Below, one piece after another: positions 1 through 9,258 of a DNA stretch of 60,948 nucleotides. The stretch covers positions 1-60,948 of the forward strand of contig CAYZKE010000001.1 of the NCBI GenBank assembly GCA_964478505.1, read 5' to 3'. A program made the position numbers and the translations under genes. A model generated the notes under the pieces. The model did no database searches. It saw only the letters and a list, made by a program, of their open reading frames with translations, and was not told where the DNA came from. The stretch comes from an uncultured Loktanella sp. (lineage in GTDB: Bacteria; Pseudomonadota; Alphaproteobacteria; Rhodobacterales; Rhodobacteraceae). The number at the start of each line of letters is the position of its first letter. The stretch's first letter is position 1.

Positions 1-10
1 TCAGGGGCAT
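1..10 (-). other. Possible 5' start (ATG CCC CTG A, M-P-L) of a gene leaving the window, resembling serine resolvase N-termini (MPLIGYARVS)
   Basis: Only 10 nt visible; upstream dyads aaacgggccgttt and cgaccgattatggtcg look res-site-like. Confidence 0.25.
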
Positions 11-433
11 GAAAACGGGCCGTTTGCAATTTAGGGTACCGTTATTAAACGACCGATTATGGTCGGCGGTACCGCAGGGGTCTTCCGATCTCCTCGTCCC
101 GGGCTGAGGGCTGCGTAGACGACATCGGCAACATACGTATGGGAAAGCGACGCCGCATGAGATGGTCACCCAAGGAAGCCCACCGGGTGGCCGTTGTCCG
201 TGCCGCTGTACTCGACGGTCGGCTAACCGGCGCTAACCAAAGAGCCGCGTGACCCCCAAGTTTTACCCACTCCCAATCGGGTGTGCATTGGTTTTGCCGA
301 TAAGACGACGTCATGGCGACTGGCTGACGCAAACCAAATGTCAAACTTATAGGAGTAACCGGCTGACTTGCTGACAATCAGTAGAAAAAGACGCATCTTC
401 TCCAAAAGGATCACTTGCTGCCACGGTGTCAAC

Positions 434-452
434 GATACAATTGATGACAAAT
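434..452 (+). promoter_or_regulatory. 11-bp direct-repeat box (OmpR/PhoB-type)
   Basis: GATACAATTGATGACAAAT matches TACA-N7-(T/G)ACA motif seen at other island promoters. Confidence 0.45.
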
Positions 453-675
453 CAGCGCCTGACGTAAGTTAAGTGGTTTGATAAAAAGGCTTAACGCTCG
501 GTCAGCCCGGCAAGTCTAAGAATGAGAAATGGGTCCTATCAAGAATGGCAAACCTCTACTTTGCGAAGGCTGACATCGCGACCCTGCTACCAGCCTTAGA
601 CGAACCTATGCATGAAATGGCGATGTCGGGTTTTGCATTTGCGGTTTTTCTCGCAGTCTTCTCAGTTACCTTCCA

Positions 676-1302
676 ATGAAGTTCACGATATGCAGGCGCC
701 GATTCTTGGTCGGACTTCCGTTTCTTGTATCGGCTTGCACTGCGCAAGATGTTTGGGCTCCAGATGACGTGGTATCGCAGGCAGTCTATCGTGATCCGGG
801 GCCAAAGCACCTGACGCTCTACACTATGAAAAACACCGGTTCTGACAACGGGGCACACTCAGCTCTGTTGATTAATGCCAGTCAGCGCGTGTTGTTTGAT
901 CCTGCTGGGTCATGGGAGCAGCAGCAGATGCCGGAACGCAATGACGTGCTCTTTGGCGTAACCCCGCAACTCGAGAATTACTATGTCAGCTTTCATGCGC
1001 GCGTCACTTACTATGTCGTTGGTCAACAAGTCTCTGTCAAAGAAGACATTGCCGAGCAGGCACTAGCTCTTGCGCTGAACGCTGGGTCGGCGCCGCAGGC
1101 AAATTGCACCCGATTCACGTCTCGGCTGCTACGTCAACTGCCCGGGTTTGAAGGCATACGCCAGACTTGGTTTCCAAATAAGCTCTCTGAAGACTTCGCA
1201 TCGCTTCCCGGTGTGAGCTACCGAGAGTATCGTGAGAATGATGCGGATGATAAAGAGGTTGCAGCGCGTCAGATCCGGACGGCACTGGAGGCAAAGCAAT
1301 AG
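676..1302 (+). CDS. Lipoprotein of unknown function, possible permuted papain-like (His...Asn-Cys) fold
   Basis: RRRFL + VSAC lipobox; GAHSALLI and ANCTRF motifs. Confidence 0.75.
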   Translation: MKFTICRRRFLVGLPFLVSACTAQDVWAPDDVVSQAVYRDPGPKHLTLYTMKNTGSDNGAHSALLINASQRVLFDPAGSWEQQQMPERNDVLFGVTPQLENYYVSFHARVTYYVVGQQVSVKEDIAEQALALALNAGSAPQANCTRFTSRLLRQLPGFEGIRQTWFPNKLSEDFASLPGVSYREYRENDADDKEVAARQIRTALEAKQ

Positions 1303-1611
1303 TGCACCGTGTTGCGGTTGGCCTATGGACCTGCTGCGAACCGCCACCGCTTCTTTGACTTCTCTTGTTGCTTCAAAGGAGATAAACCGTGAGATTGGAA
1401 TGCACGGGTGAGCTTCGCCCTGAGGCAGTGCGGGGCGCCCTGACGAGCACGCCGAGCCGCAACTATCAGAAATCCCGGCAATGATCCGCAACGGCAAGGC
1501 TTGAAAAAGCTGTTAACGAGACTTGCGGATCAGCGCCTTCTCAGGTCACATGTCATGGAGAAAGGCCAGCGAAAGCAGGTCCTTCTCGCTTGTTGGGTCA
1601 TGCCAAACTGA

Positions 1612-1908
1612 TCAGCTCTCCAACAGTTTCTTGCGCGCCGCATAATCATCGGCATCAATCTCACCTTTAGCAAACCTGAGATCCAGTTCCGCCCGCGCTT
1701 TGGACCCATCTTGCTGCGCTACGCCTTGGTGGGTTCCACGGACAAACCAGATAACTCCCGCCACGACGAGTCCAAGCACAATCAACCATAGCACGGGCCC
1801 AAACATCATTCCCATTCCAAAGCTCCAATTCATCATGTCGCCGTATCCGTTTGTGTCAGCGGCTGCTGGCGTGCCGATGAGTAATCCAAGACTTACTATG
1901 CGTTTCAT
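1612..1908 (-). CDS. SHOCT-domain small membrane protein
   Basis: Met/Gly-rich N-part, one TM, C-terminal LRFAKGEIDADDYAARKKLL; RBS ggagaag. Confidence 0.8.
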   Translation of the reverse strand: MKRIVSLGLLIGTPAAADTNGYGDMMNWSFGMGMMFGPVLWLIVLGLVVAGVIWFVRGTHQGVAQQDGSKARAELDLRFAKGEIDADDYAARKKLLES

Positions 1909-1995
1909 ATCTTCCTCCTATTCCGGAACCATGTTCCTAGCTGTATTAGTCTTTCGTAGATCACCTTGGCTCTCTACGCGCCTTGTCTCAGCTGA

Positions 1996-2265
1996 CTATC
2001 GGGCAGGATAAAACGCCATAGTATCTTCACTGAAGTGAAAGCCCGTTTTTCCATTGGTGCAAGATACAATTTGAACCTGACCGCCTATGGACCCTTGCAA
2101 TATACACCCGTCGGGAAGAGCCAGATTACGCGCAACAGAGACTTGGTCATACGGGCAGTCAGCTTGCACATTGGAGCAAGCGCCAAGACCTAAAAAGCCT
2201 GCAGTTGCCAACGATAGAGGCCATGCGTGCTTACGACTGGCGGGCAACTTCCGGAACCGATGCAT
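1996..2265 (-). CDS. Putative small Cys-containing lipoprotein
   Basis: LGLGAC lipobox, 3 more Cys; lies between two same-strand genes; start uncertain. Confidence 0.45.
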   Translation of the reverse strand: MHRFRKLPASRKHAWPLSLATAGFLGLGACSNVQADCPYDQVSVARNLALPDGCILQGSIGGQVQIVSCTNGKTGFHFSEDTMAFYPAR

Positions 2266-2542
2266 GAGCGTCCTCAAAGCTGGCGTCTGCAACTGGCTCG
2301 TGATCTTGTTCCTTTTTCGAACTGTGGCATGACTTGCCCATCATTTTGAACATCAATAGGTGGGCGCCGATGCAAAGTGCGATTGGCGCAAAAAGCCCCA
2401 GATTGTTCCACATCCCAGCGATCGTTCCGCCTGCAAGCAGGAATGCCGCAACCGGCAGGAGCATCACGGCGCAGCATACCATCATGCCGTAATGCATCAA
2501 TTTTGAGGAACCTGCTGTTTCCTGCTGATCAGTCTTTGCCAT
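2231..2542 (-). CDS. DUF2933-like small membrane protein
   Basis: MMVCCAVM and LCIGAHLLMFKMMGKSCH; RBS ggagag before ATG at 2542. Confidence 0.75.
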   Translation of the reverse strand: MAKTDQQETAGSSKLMHYGMMVCCAVMLLPVAAFLLAGGTIAGMWNNLGLFAPIALCIGAHLLMFKMMGKSCHSSKKEQDHEPVADASFEDAHASVPEVARQS

Positions 2543-2574
2543 CGTGTATTCTCTCCAAACAGTTGTAGCATTCA

Positions 2575-2605
2575 CCGTTACTGGCTTCCAGTAGAAGAGG
2601 GTCAA
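2575..2605 (-). promoter_or_regulatory. CueR-like MerR promoter
   Basis: TTGACC-19 bp (CTCTTCTACTGGAAGCCAG)-TAACGG. Confidence 0.65.
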
Positions 2606-2762
2606 GGATACATTTGGATAAATATTAGCGCTGGCAACCTGATCGCGTTGCGTTTGCAATATCGAGGACTTGAAAGAATCGTTTTATCTACGAGACTTTA
2701 ACGCGCTATGGGTATCTCGATCCTACCTTGAGAACTGCAAAGCAAATCCTAAAGAGAAGAAC

Positions 2763-3473
2763 ATGTACCAGTTGAATAGGCGCCAATTTCTGACTTCTAC
2801 TGCCGCCTTGTTTGCGGCACCCTTGCCGACACTTGCGCAGGAACAGGATGTTGTCGAGCCAAAGAAAACACCCATATCCGACAGATCCATGTGGGCGAGG
2901 TGGGATGCGCGGGTAACTCCGTCAAACTATGACCCCGCAACGTCAAACCCTTGGGGCCTGCATTCCCGTTTCTTGCCGCAGCGAGTTGAGGCGAATCCTG
3001 GCCTCGTGCCCGGGGACATTCACGTAGATGCCATCGCAAGATATCTTTACCACATTGAGAGTGATGGTACGGCCATGCGTTACGGCGTGGCGATCGCACG
3101 GGGTGATTTGTATGAGCCGGGCATCTACAACATCAAACGCAAGGCGCGTTGGCCGATATGGACCCCGACTGCATCAATGATTGAACGCGAACCAGACGTT
3201 TACGGGCAATTCGCGGACGGAATGGATGGTGGACCGACGAACCCATTGGGATCGCGCGCGCTTTATCTTTACGAAGGGAACCGTGACACTTACCTGCGCA
3301 TCCACGGAACTCCTCAGCCAAGATCAATCGGTAGCCGGGCGAGTTCCGGCTGCGTGCGCATGGTGATGGCACATATCATTGACTTGCATGCCGAGGTCAG
3401 AACCGGGTCGACCGCTTTTCTTTATCCACCCGAAAATACGGTCACCGAGCCACGCGAAATTGACCTGACCTGA
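2763..3473 (+). CDS. L,D-transpeptidase (YkuD family), Tat signal
   Basis: NRRQFL; NPLGSRALYL...LRIHGT...SSGCVRM. Confidence 0.92.
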   Translation: MYQLNRRQFLTSTAALFAAPLPTLAQEQDVVEPKKTPISDRSMWARWDARVTPSNYDPATSNPWGLHSRFLPQRVEANPGLVPGDIHVDAIARYLYHIESDGTAMRYGVAIARGDLYEPGIYNIKRKARWPIWTPTASMIEREPDVYGQFADGMDGGPTNPLGSRALYLYEGNRDTYLRIHGTPQPRSIGSRASSGCVRMVMAHIIDLHAEVRTGSTAFLYPPENTVTEPREIDLT

Positions 3474-3501
3474 TCAAGCCGGAACGTGGTTTTTCAAAGA
3501 G

Positions 3502-3792
3502 TCAGCTTGCCTCACTTTGTTCCGGCAGTCTGGTGCAAATTGGCCGACCGCCTTTGGTGCGAAGTGGGAGGAAAGTGGTTTCGACTGGACCGGCGTGCCG
3601 GTAGACATAGCATCCGTCAGTTGGGTCTATCATCACAGCATTGAGGTCCTGGAAAGGGGCGGCAATCGCCAAGACGCCTTCCGGCAACTCGTCGACAAAT
3701 GGGTTAAGCGGAACGTCATCTTCCGGCGCAACGCTTGCACATGCCCAAAGCCCAAAGAGAGAAATACAAAGCAACAGAATTCGGTAGTTCAT
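3502..3792 (-). CDS. Small lipoprotein, paralogue of 35911..36180
   Basis: LWAC lipobox; AAPFQD...DGCYVYRHAGPVETTFLPLRT..GRPIC; RBS gagga. Confidence 0.8.
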   Translation of the reverse strand: MNYRILLLCISLFGLWACASVAPEDDVPLNPFVDELPEGVLAIAAPFQDLNAVMIDPTDGCYVYRHAGPVETTFLPLRTKGGRPICTRLPEQSEAS

Positions 3793-3947
3793 CAAGTCAT
3801 CCTCAAATGCCAGCAAAGCATGACCAAGACTTCTAGCGATGACCAGTGCAAACTTCTAGCAACGTTAGTCACTCATTTGTATTAACTTCATTTGTCTGAT
3901 GGTTGTGATAAAACTCCTTGTCAAGAAACTTGCCTACGCCTTTCAGC

Positions 3948-4487
3948 TTAGTGGACATCACCTCCTCGGGCCATCATCAGGTGATGCTCTTGGTGGTGGG
4001 CACCTATCGTCATCAGGCCGATGAAACCCAACGCAGCAATCTGTGTCGCATCTCCAGAAACATGCATGGTGACGCCGCTGTCGGTCTCTTCGACCACAAC
4101 GTCCCATCCTGTCTCCGCAGCAAGGAATGGTGCATGAGCAGGGACCATTGTTATTATCGCTTGCCGCGTGCGCCCATCGCCGGTGATGACGAAGCTTGCG
4201 CCTTGCGGGGTGGGGGACGCGATAACACTGGCGTCCTTAGCTACCAAATCCATATCAATCAAATGCTCCCGCAGGGCGGTGATGTTGACCTTCGACCAGT
4301 CTGTACTGGGGTCGTCTCGCAAGACTTCTGTGATTTCGGCAATCGCAGCAAATGCACCCTGACCAGGCTGTGACAACACAAGGTTTGGTTTCCCGCCCAT
4401 ATCAGCGTGATCTGAATGCGCGTGTTGAGATGCCGCAACTGTCGCCAATGCAATCCAAGCAAAGAAGCTAGTGAGTAAGATCTTCAT
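3948..4487 (-). CDS. Periplasmic His/Met-rich hypothetical protein (possible metal binder)
   Basis: Signal peptide, HAHSDHADM N-terminus, GAHHQEHHLMM C-terminus; RBS ggaggg. Confidence 0.8.
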   Translation of the reverse strand: MKILLTSFFAWIALATVAASQHAHSDHADMGGKPNLVLSQPGQGAFAAIAEITEVLRDDPSTDWSKVNITALREHLIDMDLVAKDASVIASPTPQGASFVITGDGRTRQAIITMVPAHAPFLAAETGWDVVVEETDSGVTMHVSGDATQIAALGFIGLMTIGAHHQEHHLMMARGGDVH

Positions 4488-4542
4488 TGATCCCTCCTTC
4501 GATTTTTCCTGAATTGCGGATACCAACCGGATTCAAAAACGT

Positions 4543-4560
4543 ATATGATCTTGATCATAT
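4543..4560. promoter_or_regulatory. Crp/Fnr-type palindromic operator
   Basis: ATATGAT-CTTG-ATCATAT (variant of TTGAT-N4-ATCAA) between divergent genes. Confidence 0.65.
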
Positions 4561-5128
4561 GATACCGACACCTTTCGATCTCTTGCCGAAGACGGCTGTG
4601 AAACCCGTAGAAGTGAGGCGGGGAGATCATCTGTTTCGCGACGGCGATCGGACGTTTGGTCTTTTTGTTGCCTATGATACCACCGTGCATTTGGTTCGGG
4701 TAAGCGAGGATGGCGAAACCATAATGATACATCGCGCGACGCCTGGAACGTGGTTTGCCGAGGCATCGCTTTTCTCTGAAACCTATCACTGTGATGCGGT
4801 GGCACAACAAAGCGGAAGCGTGCTCATCATCGACAAAACAGCGGTCTTAAAGGGGCTTCAGGAGCATGACTTCGCGAAGGGATATTGCAAGATACTGTCT
4901 GTCCAAGTTCAGCTGACACGACAGATGCGCGAGATTCTCGCCATTCGATCAGCCAAGGACAGAGTATATGCTGGTGTTGTTGCAGGGCTTCTTGTCGGGA
5001 CAGTCATCGACTTTGCGGCCACTGTTTCGCTGACCCATGAAGCCACATATCGCGCTCTGCGAGAATTGGTTGCCGAAGGCAAAGTGCTTAACCCTCAAAG
5101 AGGCATCTACCAACTGCACCACCACTGA
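4559..5128 (+). CDS. Crp/Fnr family transcriptional regulator
   Basis: cNMP-binding beta-roll (HLFRDGD...FAEASLF) and C-terminal HTH (LTHEATYRAL). Confidence 0.88.
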   Translation: MIPTPFDLLPKTAVKPVEVRRGDHLFRDGDRTFGLFVAYDTTVHLVRVSEDGETIMIHRATPGTWFAEASLFSETYHCDAVAQQSGSVLIIDKTAVLKGLQEHDFAKGYCKILSVQVQLTRQMREILAIRSAKDRVYAGVVAGLLVGTVIDFAATVSLTHEATYRALRELVAEGKVLNPQRGIYQLHHH

Positions 5129-5135
5129 TCGGCTT

Positions 5136-5822
5136 TCATGATTTGCTGAATAGTTGTGTCAGTGCCATGGACAGGAATGTGACCATGAGCACAAGACTAA
5201 CGCATGCAACTATTATCACCTTAACTGACCTTGCCGAAAATGGACCATTCTTGGTGTCTGTTGAGTTGAACGTTACCGCCAAGGAGGTGATGACTGTGCC
5301 CGGCAGAAGCGCGTAGAGGTATACACCTGATATGTTCTCGAACAGATAGGAGCGTTCGAGTGTCGGTCCGACGACACGTAGCGCCGTCCAGCGGTCACCG
5401 CCAAACGAGCCAAACCAATCTGCTGAAAAGACGTAGATCAGCATATGAAGCATTACGAATGCACCCGCGCGCACTAAGCTATCCATAAAGATATAGCGCA
5501 GCGCCGATCGTTTTGCGTTCTGCAAGACTCCGGATGCAGTAACGAAACCAATGTAATTGACGATGACAACGACAGGTAAACCGTTGGTGACAACCTGCCG
5601 GGAAAAACGACTGAGGGCTGTTGGGTTTGCCACCAGTATCTTGGTGAAGTCAGGCGTAAGGGCGACGAAAAAGACCAGAAATGGCAACAGGCTTAGAACG
5701 CTGAGAAGCGTCAGGTTCCAGCAAAACTGACCAAATGGCAGCTGGAGGCTGAAGTGTTTGCGAAAGGTGTCTTGCAGCGCCACGTCAGGCGTAGCTTGCA
5801 AAAACCTGTGTTGCGCCGTCAT
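5136..5822 (-). CDS. Hypothetical polytopic membrane protein
   Basis: About 5 hydrophobic segments; overlaps end of DUF411 gene. Confidence 0.7.
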   Translation of the reverse strand: MTAQHRFLQATPDVALQDTFRKHFSLQLPFGQFCWNLTLLSVLSLLPFLVFFVALTPDFTKILVANPTALSRFSRQVVTNGLPVVVIVNYIGFVTASGVLQNAKRSALRYIFMDSLVRAGAFVMLHMLIYVFSADWFGSFGGDRWTALRVVGPTLERSYLFENISGVYLYALLPGTVITSLAVTFNSTDTKNGPFSARSVKVIIVACVSLVLMVTFLSMALTQLFSKS

Positions 5823-6234
5823 TCAGGACGAGCAGGACTTCGTAGGGGTCACCTGTTCCTGCCGCGCCCATCCCGGGCGAACCCATGGGCATGCCGGGGA
5901 CAGTCAATCCACGTGCATCAGGCGCTTCAGCAAGCATACGATGAATCTCGCGGGCTGGCACATGGCCCTCGATAAAGTAGTCGCCGATGAGCGCTGTGTG
6001 ACAACCGGACAGGTCGGACGTGATGCCAAGGCCATCCTTCATGGCCCATAGAACCACTTGATCGACATCTTCAACTTCAACGGAAAAACCGGCATCTACC
6101 ATCCGTTCAACCCAAGCCGTGCAGCAGCCACAAGTGGGCGTCTTGGCAACTTGCATAACGGGAGCTGTTTGCCCGATCACGGGACCTGCCACCAGCAAAC
6201 CTGCCGCGCTTACAATGAAATGCCTTCTGTTCAT
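5785..6234 (-). CDS. DUF411 (CopG-like) metal-binding protein
   Basis: NRRHF Tat signal; CGCC, GCHT, EGHVP, VPGMPMGSPGM. Confidence 0.92.
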   Translation of the reverse strand: MNRRHFIVSAAGLLVAGPVIGQTAPVMQVAKTPTCGCCTAWVERMVDAGFSVEVEDVDQVVLWAMKDGLGITSDLSGCHTALIGDYFIEGHVPAREIHRMLAEAPDARGLTVPGMPMGSPGMGAAGTGDPYEVLLVLNDGATQVFASYA

Positions 6235-6311
6235 GGGGTAATCCTCAGTTGGTTCGTACAAAGGTAGATTTTGCGGCACGCGAAGTCGAGCGGTGTATAG
6301 CTATCGATACT

Positions 6312-6330
6312 GTTACATTTGGCTACAAAC
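6312..6330 (+). promoter_or_regulatory. 11-bp direct-repeat box upstream of response regulator
   Basis: GTTACATTTGGCTACAAAC. Confidence 0.65.
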
Positions 6331-6372
6331 ATGGGACGGGCATTTCTTTTTCACAACGGCTATACGGACCAT

Positions 6373-7092
6373 ATGACCGTTATGCCGCACATCCTTGTCG
6401 TTGATGACCACCTGGAAATCAGAAAGTCCGTTTCTCGCTATCTTGAGCGTAACGGGATGCGCACCTCTGTTGCCAAAGATGCAGAGCAGATGGACACGAA
6501 GCTGACTGAGGCGAAATTCGATCTCATCGTCTTGGACATCATGATGCCGGGAGAGGATGGATTGAGCGCTTGCAAGCGTCTTCACCAAACGTCGAAAACC
6601 CCTATCTTGATGCTGACCGCGATGGGCGATGATGATGATCGGATTGCTGGACTTGACGGTGGTGCGGATGACTACTTGGCAAAACCATTCAACCCCAAAG
6701 AATTGCTTGCGCGTATCAATGCCATACTCCGACGCACGCAACAGATCCCGGAAATCGAGCCTTTCTCTGGCAAAAAACTCCGCTTTGCACATCTGGAGTT
6801 GGATTATGATGGGCGCACTCTTTTTGATGAAGATGGCAACAGGACGATGCTGACAATGAGTGAGCTTAAGTTGCTCACGATACTCTTGGAAAGACCGCGG
6901 GCTGTATTCAGCCGCGACCAGCTTCTTGAACTCAGCGCGGGCAGGGTAGCCGGCCCGTTGGATCGGACGATTGACAATCAGATCAGTCGCTTGCGCCGCA
7001 AGATCGAGCAGGACGTATTGCGGCCTCGCGTCATCGCGACGATCAGAAATCGCGGCTACAGTCTTACCGCCGAAGTTGAGGTCATGGAGTGA
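6373..7092 (+). CDS. OmpR-family response regulator
   Basis: ILVVDD, LDIMMPG, ADDYLAKPF, winged helix RTIDNQISRLRRKIE. Confidence 0.95.
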   Translation: MTVMPHILVVDDHLEIRKSVSRYLERNGMRTSVAKDAEQMDTKLTEAKFDLIVLDIMMPGEDGLSACKRLHQTSKTPILMLTAMGDDDDRIAGLDGGADDYLAKPFNPKELLARINAILRRTQQIPEIEPFSGKKLRFAHLELDYDGRTLFDEDGNRTMLTMSELKLLTILLERPRAVFSRDQLLELSAGRVAGPLDRTIDNQISRLRRKIEQDVLRPRVIATIRNRGYSLTAEVEVME

Positions 7093-8549
7093 CGCGCATG
7101 GCTTGGAGGCTAAGAACACAAATTGCATTGTTGGTTTTGGGTGTGCTGTTTGTGGCTCAAGCGCTCAGTCTTTGGTTTTTTGTGGATGAACGATCGCTCG
7201 CGGTACAAGCGGCGATTGGTGCTGAAGCGGCTGGCCGCGCTGCCAATGTTGCGCAGTTAGTCGAAGGAGCGCCTGCTGATCTACATGCCCAGATCATTCA
7301 GGCGGCGACATCACCGTTGGTGAGATTTGATCTATCTGACGTGCCATCGGTTGCACACGGCAATCACGACGATGGAGGCGCCGTCGAGGCCCGCGTGCGC
7401 GCATTGCTCGGTGACAGCTACAGCCGTGATATTCGGGTTGAGGTTCATGAGATTGAACAAGGTTTGCTACCGTTACCAAACCTATCGCCTGAGATGGCCG
7501 AGATGCATGCAGAAATGATGCAGGGCAGTTTAGCGGCGATTGAAATGGAGCTATCCATCGCCTTAGCAGGTGGGGACTGGCTGAATGTTGGCACCCGGTT
7601 TGAGCGGCCACCTTTGCAATGGTCGACCGCGTCTAACGTGTCCTTTGTGTTGACTGCAACGCTTCTGTTGCTTGCGAGCTTTTGGTTCCTTCTCACGCGA
7701 TTGACTGGCCCGCTGAATACGTTGGCGGATGCCTCTGAGCGATTGGGACGCGGCGCCGGTGAGGGATCACTGCCTGTTGTGGGTCCCAAAGAGGTCCAGG
7801 ATCTGACAAAGGCTTTTAACACCATGCAAGACCGCCTGACACGGTTTGTTTCGGATCGCACGCAAATGTTGGCCGCACTCGCCCATGATCTCCGATCGCC
7901 GCTGACGGCCCTCAGAGTGCGCGCAGAAATGGTTGACGATGATGAAACCCGCGCCTCTCTGGTCGCATCTGGTGAAGAGATGCAGCAGATGGTGGATGCA
8001 ACGCTGGATTTCGCGAAAGGCGTTGGACAGCATGAAGAGGTCTGCCCAACAGATATTTACGAGCTACTATCGGGATTGGCGACAGATGGTCTATCGCTCC
8101 TTTCGGACCAACCATTGATCGTACCTGCCAAACCAAGTGCTGTGCGACGCGCGCTTCGAAACCTGATCGAGAATGCTATTCGCTATGGAATGGAAGCGCG
8201 TGTTTCTTGGGAAGTCGTCGATGGGTATGCTAAAATCCAAATTGACGATCAGGGCCCCGGAATTCCAGAGAATGAACTTGAGGCGGTATTTGGCCCCTAT
8301 GTGAGACTTGAGACATCGCGATCGCGTGATACTGGCGGTCATGGGCTCGGTTTGTCGATCGCAAGAAGTATCATCCTTGAACACGGCGGTTCAGTCACGC
8401 TTACGAACCGTCCACAGGTAGGGCTTCGCGCCACTGTGCGACTTCCATTTGAACGCAACGTAAAGCCCGATGTGACCTCAGCTGATGCGCCCGATACGCC
8501 CCGATCGAAGAGTGACAAACGTCGCGCTCTTGGCGTGACAACATCGTAA
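7089..8549 (+). CDS. Sensor histidine kinase (HAMP, His/Met-rich periplasmic loop)
   Basis: Two TMs, HDLRSPL H-box, NLIENA, DQGPG, GHGLGL; HGNHDD and MAEMHAEMM in sensor domain. Confidence 0.95.
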   Translation: MTRMAWRLRTQIALLVLGVLFVAQALSLWFFVDERSLAVQAAIGAEAAGRAANVAQLVEGAPADLHAQIIQAATSPLVRFDLSDVPSVAHGNHDDGGAVEARVRALLGDSYSRDIRVEVHEIEQGLLPLPNLSPEMAEMHAEMMQGSLAAIEMELSIALAGGDWLNVGTRFERPPLQWSTASNVSFVLTATLLLLASFWFLLTRLTGPLNTLADASERLGRGAGEGSLPVVGPKEVQDLTKAFNTMQDRLTRFVSDRTQMLAALAHDLRSPLTALRVRAEMVDDDETRASLVASGEEMQQMVDATLDFAKGVGQHEEVCPTDIYELLSGLATDGLSLLSDQPLIVPAKPSAVRRALRNLIENAIRYGMEARVSWEVVDGYAKIQIDDQGPGIPENELEAVFGPYVRLETSRSRDTGGHGLGLSIARSIILEHGGSVTLTNRPQVGLRATVRLPFERNVKPDVTSADAPDTPRSKSDKRRALGVTTS

Positions 8550-8591
8550 CACACCGCGTGGGTGCAACATTTCCGCGGCTGCCCAATAGGC

Positions 8592-8610
8592 GTTACATAT
8601 CAGTACAAAA
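8592..8610 (+). promoter_or_regulatory. 11-bp direct-repeat box upstream of LDT-cytochrome-MCO operon
   Basis: GTTACATATCAGTACAAAA. Confidence 0.65.
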
Positions 8611-8688
8611 AACCAACGCGCTGACTCTTCATGAAATCCCACTGTGCAGTTAGAACTGAGGGAAAGCAGATAAAAAGAGGCAAGTTAG

Positions 8689-9258
8689 ATGAATAAGAAA
8701 ACGCAACTTCTATCGCGCCGAACCTTTGTTTCAGGTATCGGCGCTACCGCCTTGGCGGCCCCTTCCATCGTGAACGCACAGGCATTGGAAAGCGTGACAC
8801 GCAACGTCGCGTCGTTTCAGCCGCATGAATGGCAGGATCATTTTGACGCCATCGGCCAAGGCATTCTTTTGGCGGACACCGGATCACGTTTCCTGCAACA
8901 TTGGACGGCCGATGGTGAGATGCGGATTTATCCAACATCAGTACCACTCTCTGAAGACTTGACCCGGCTCGGATACACGGAAGTGATCGACAAGAAAGTC
9001 GCGCCGGGGTGGGGCCCAACGCCAGCCATGCGTGAACGCAATCCTGAGTGGCCCGCCTATATCGAAGGAGGTGATCCACGCAATCCTCTCGGGTCACATG
9101 CTCTGTATCTGTCCTGGCAGTACTACCGCATTCACGGCACGCAGGATACACGCAAGATCGGACGCCGGTCTTCAAACGGATGTATCGGCCTCTACAATGA
9201 ACAGATCGAAGAGGTGTTTGGCCGCACACCTATCGGCACACAGGTTAAGCTTCTCTGA
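8689..9258 (+). CDS. L,D-transpeptidase (YkuD), Tat signal; paralogue of 20907..21476
   Basis: SRRTFV; NPLGSHALYL...YRIHGT...SNGCIGL. Confidence 0.92.
   Translation: MNKKTQLLSRRTFVSGIGATALAAPSIVNAQALESVTRNVASFQPHEWQDHFDAIGQGILLADTGSRFLQHWTADGEMRIYPTSVPLSEDLTRLGYTEVIDKKVAPGWGPTPAMRERNPEWPAYIEGGDPRNPLGSHALYLSWQYYRIHGTQDTRKIGRRSSNGCIGLYNEQIEEVFGRTPIGTQVKLL

Noticed and set aside
245-275. gcgtgacccccaagttttacccactc, reminiscent of an IS end
   Set aside because: No TG/CA terminus, partner repeat or transposase identifiable
57-450. Short minus-strand ORFs 57..377 and 223..450
   Set aside because: No recognisable motifs; region looks non-coding or decayed
1303-1611. 300-bp gap between convergent genes as possible ncRNA or ORF 1129..1497
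   Set aside because: No recognisable RNA family or convincing protein; ORF overlaps the real gene antisense
3820-3860. Imperfect tandem repeat ATGACCA...ACTTCTAGC upstream of the lipoprotein
   Set aside because: Only two copies with uneven spacing and absent upstream of the paralogue
6313-7128. 271-aa antisense ORF
   Set aside because: Shadow of the response regulator
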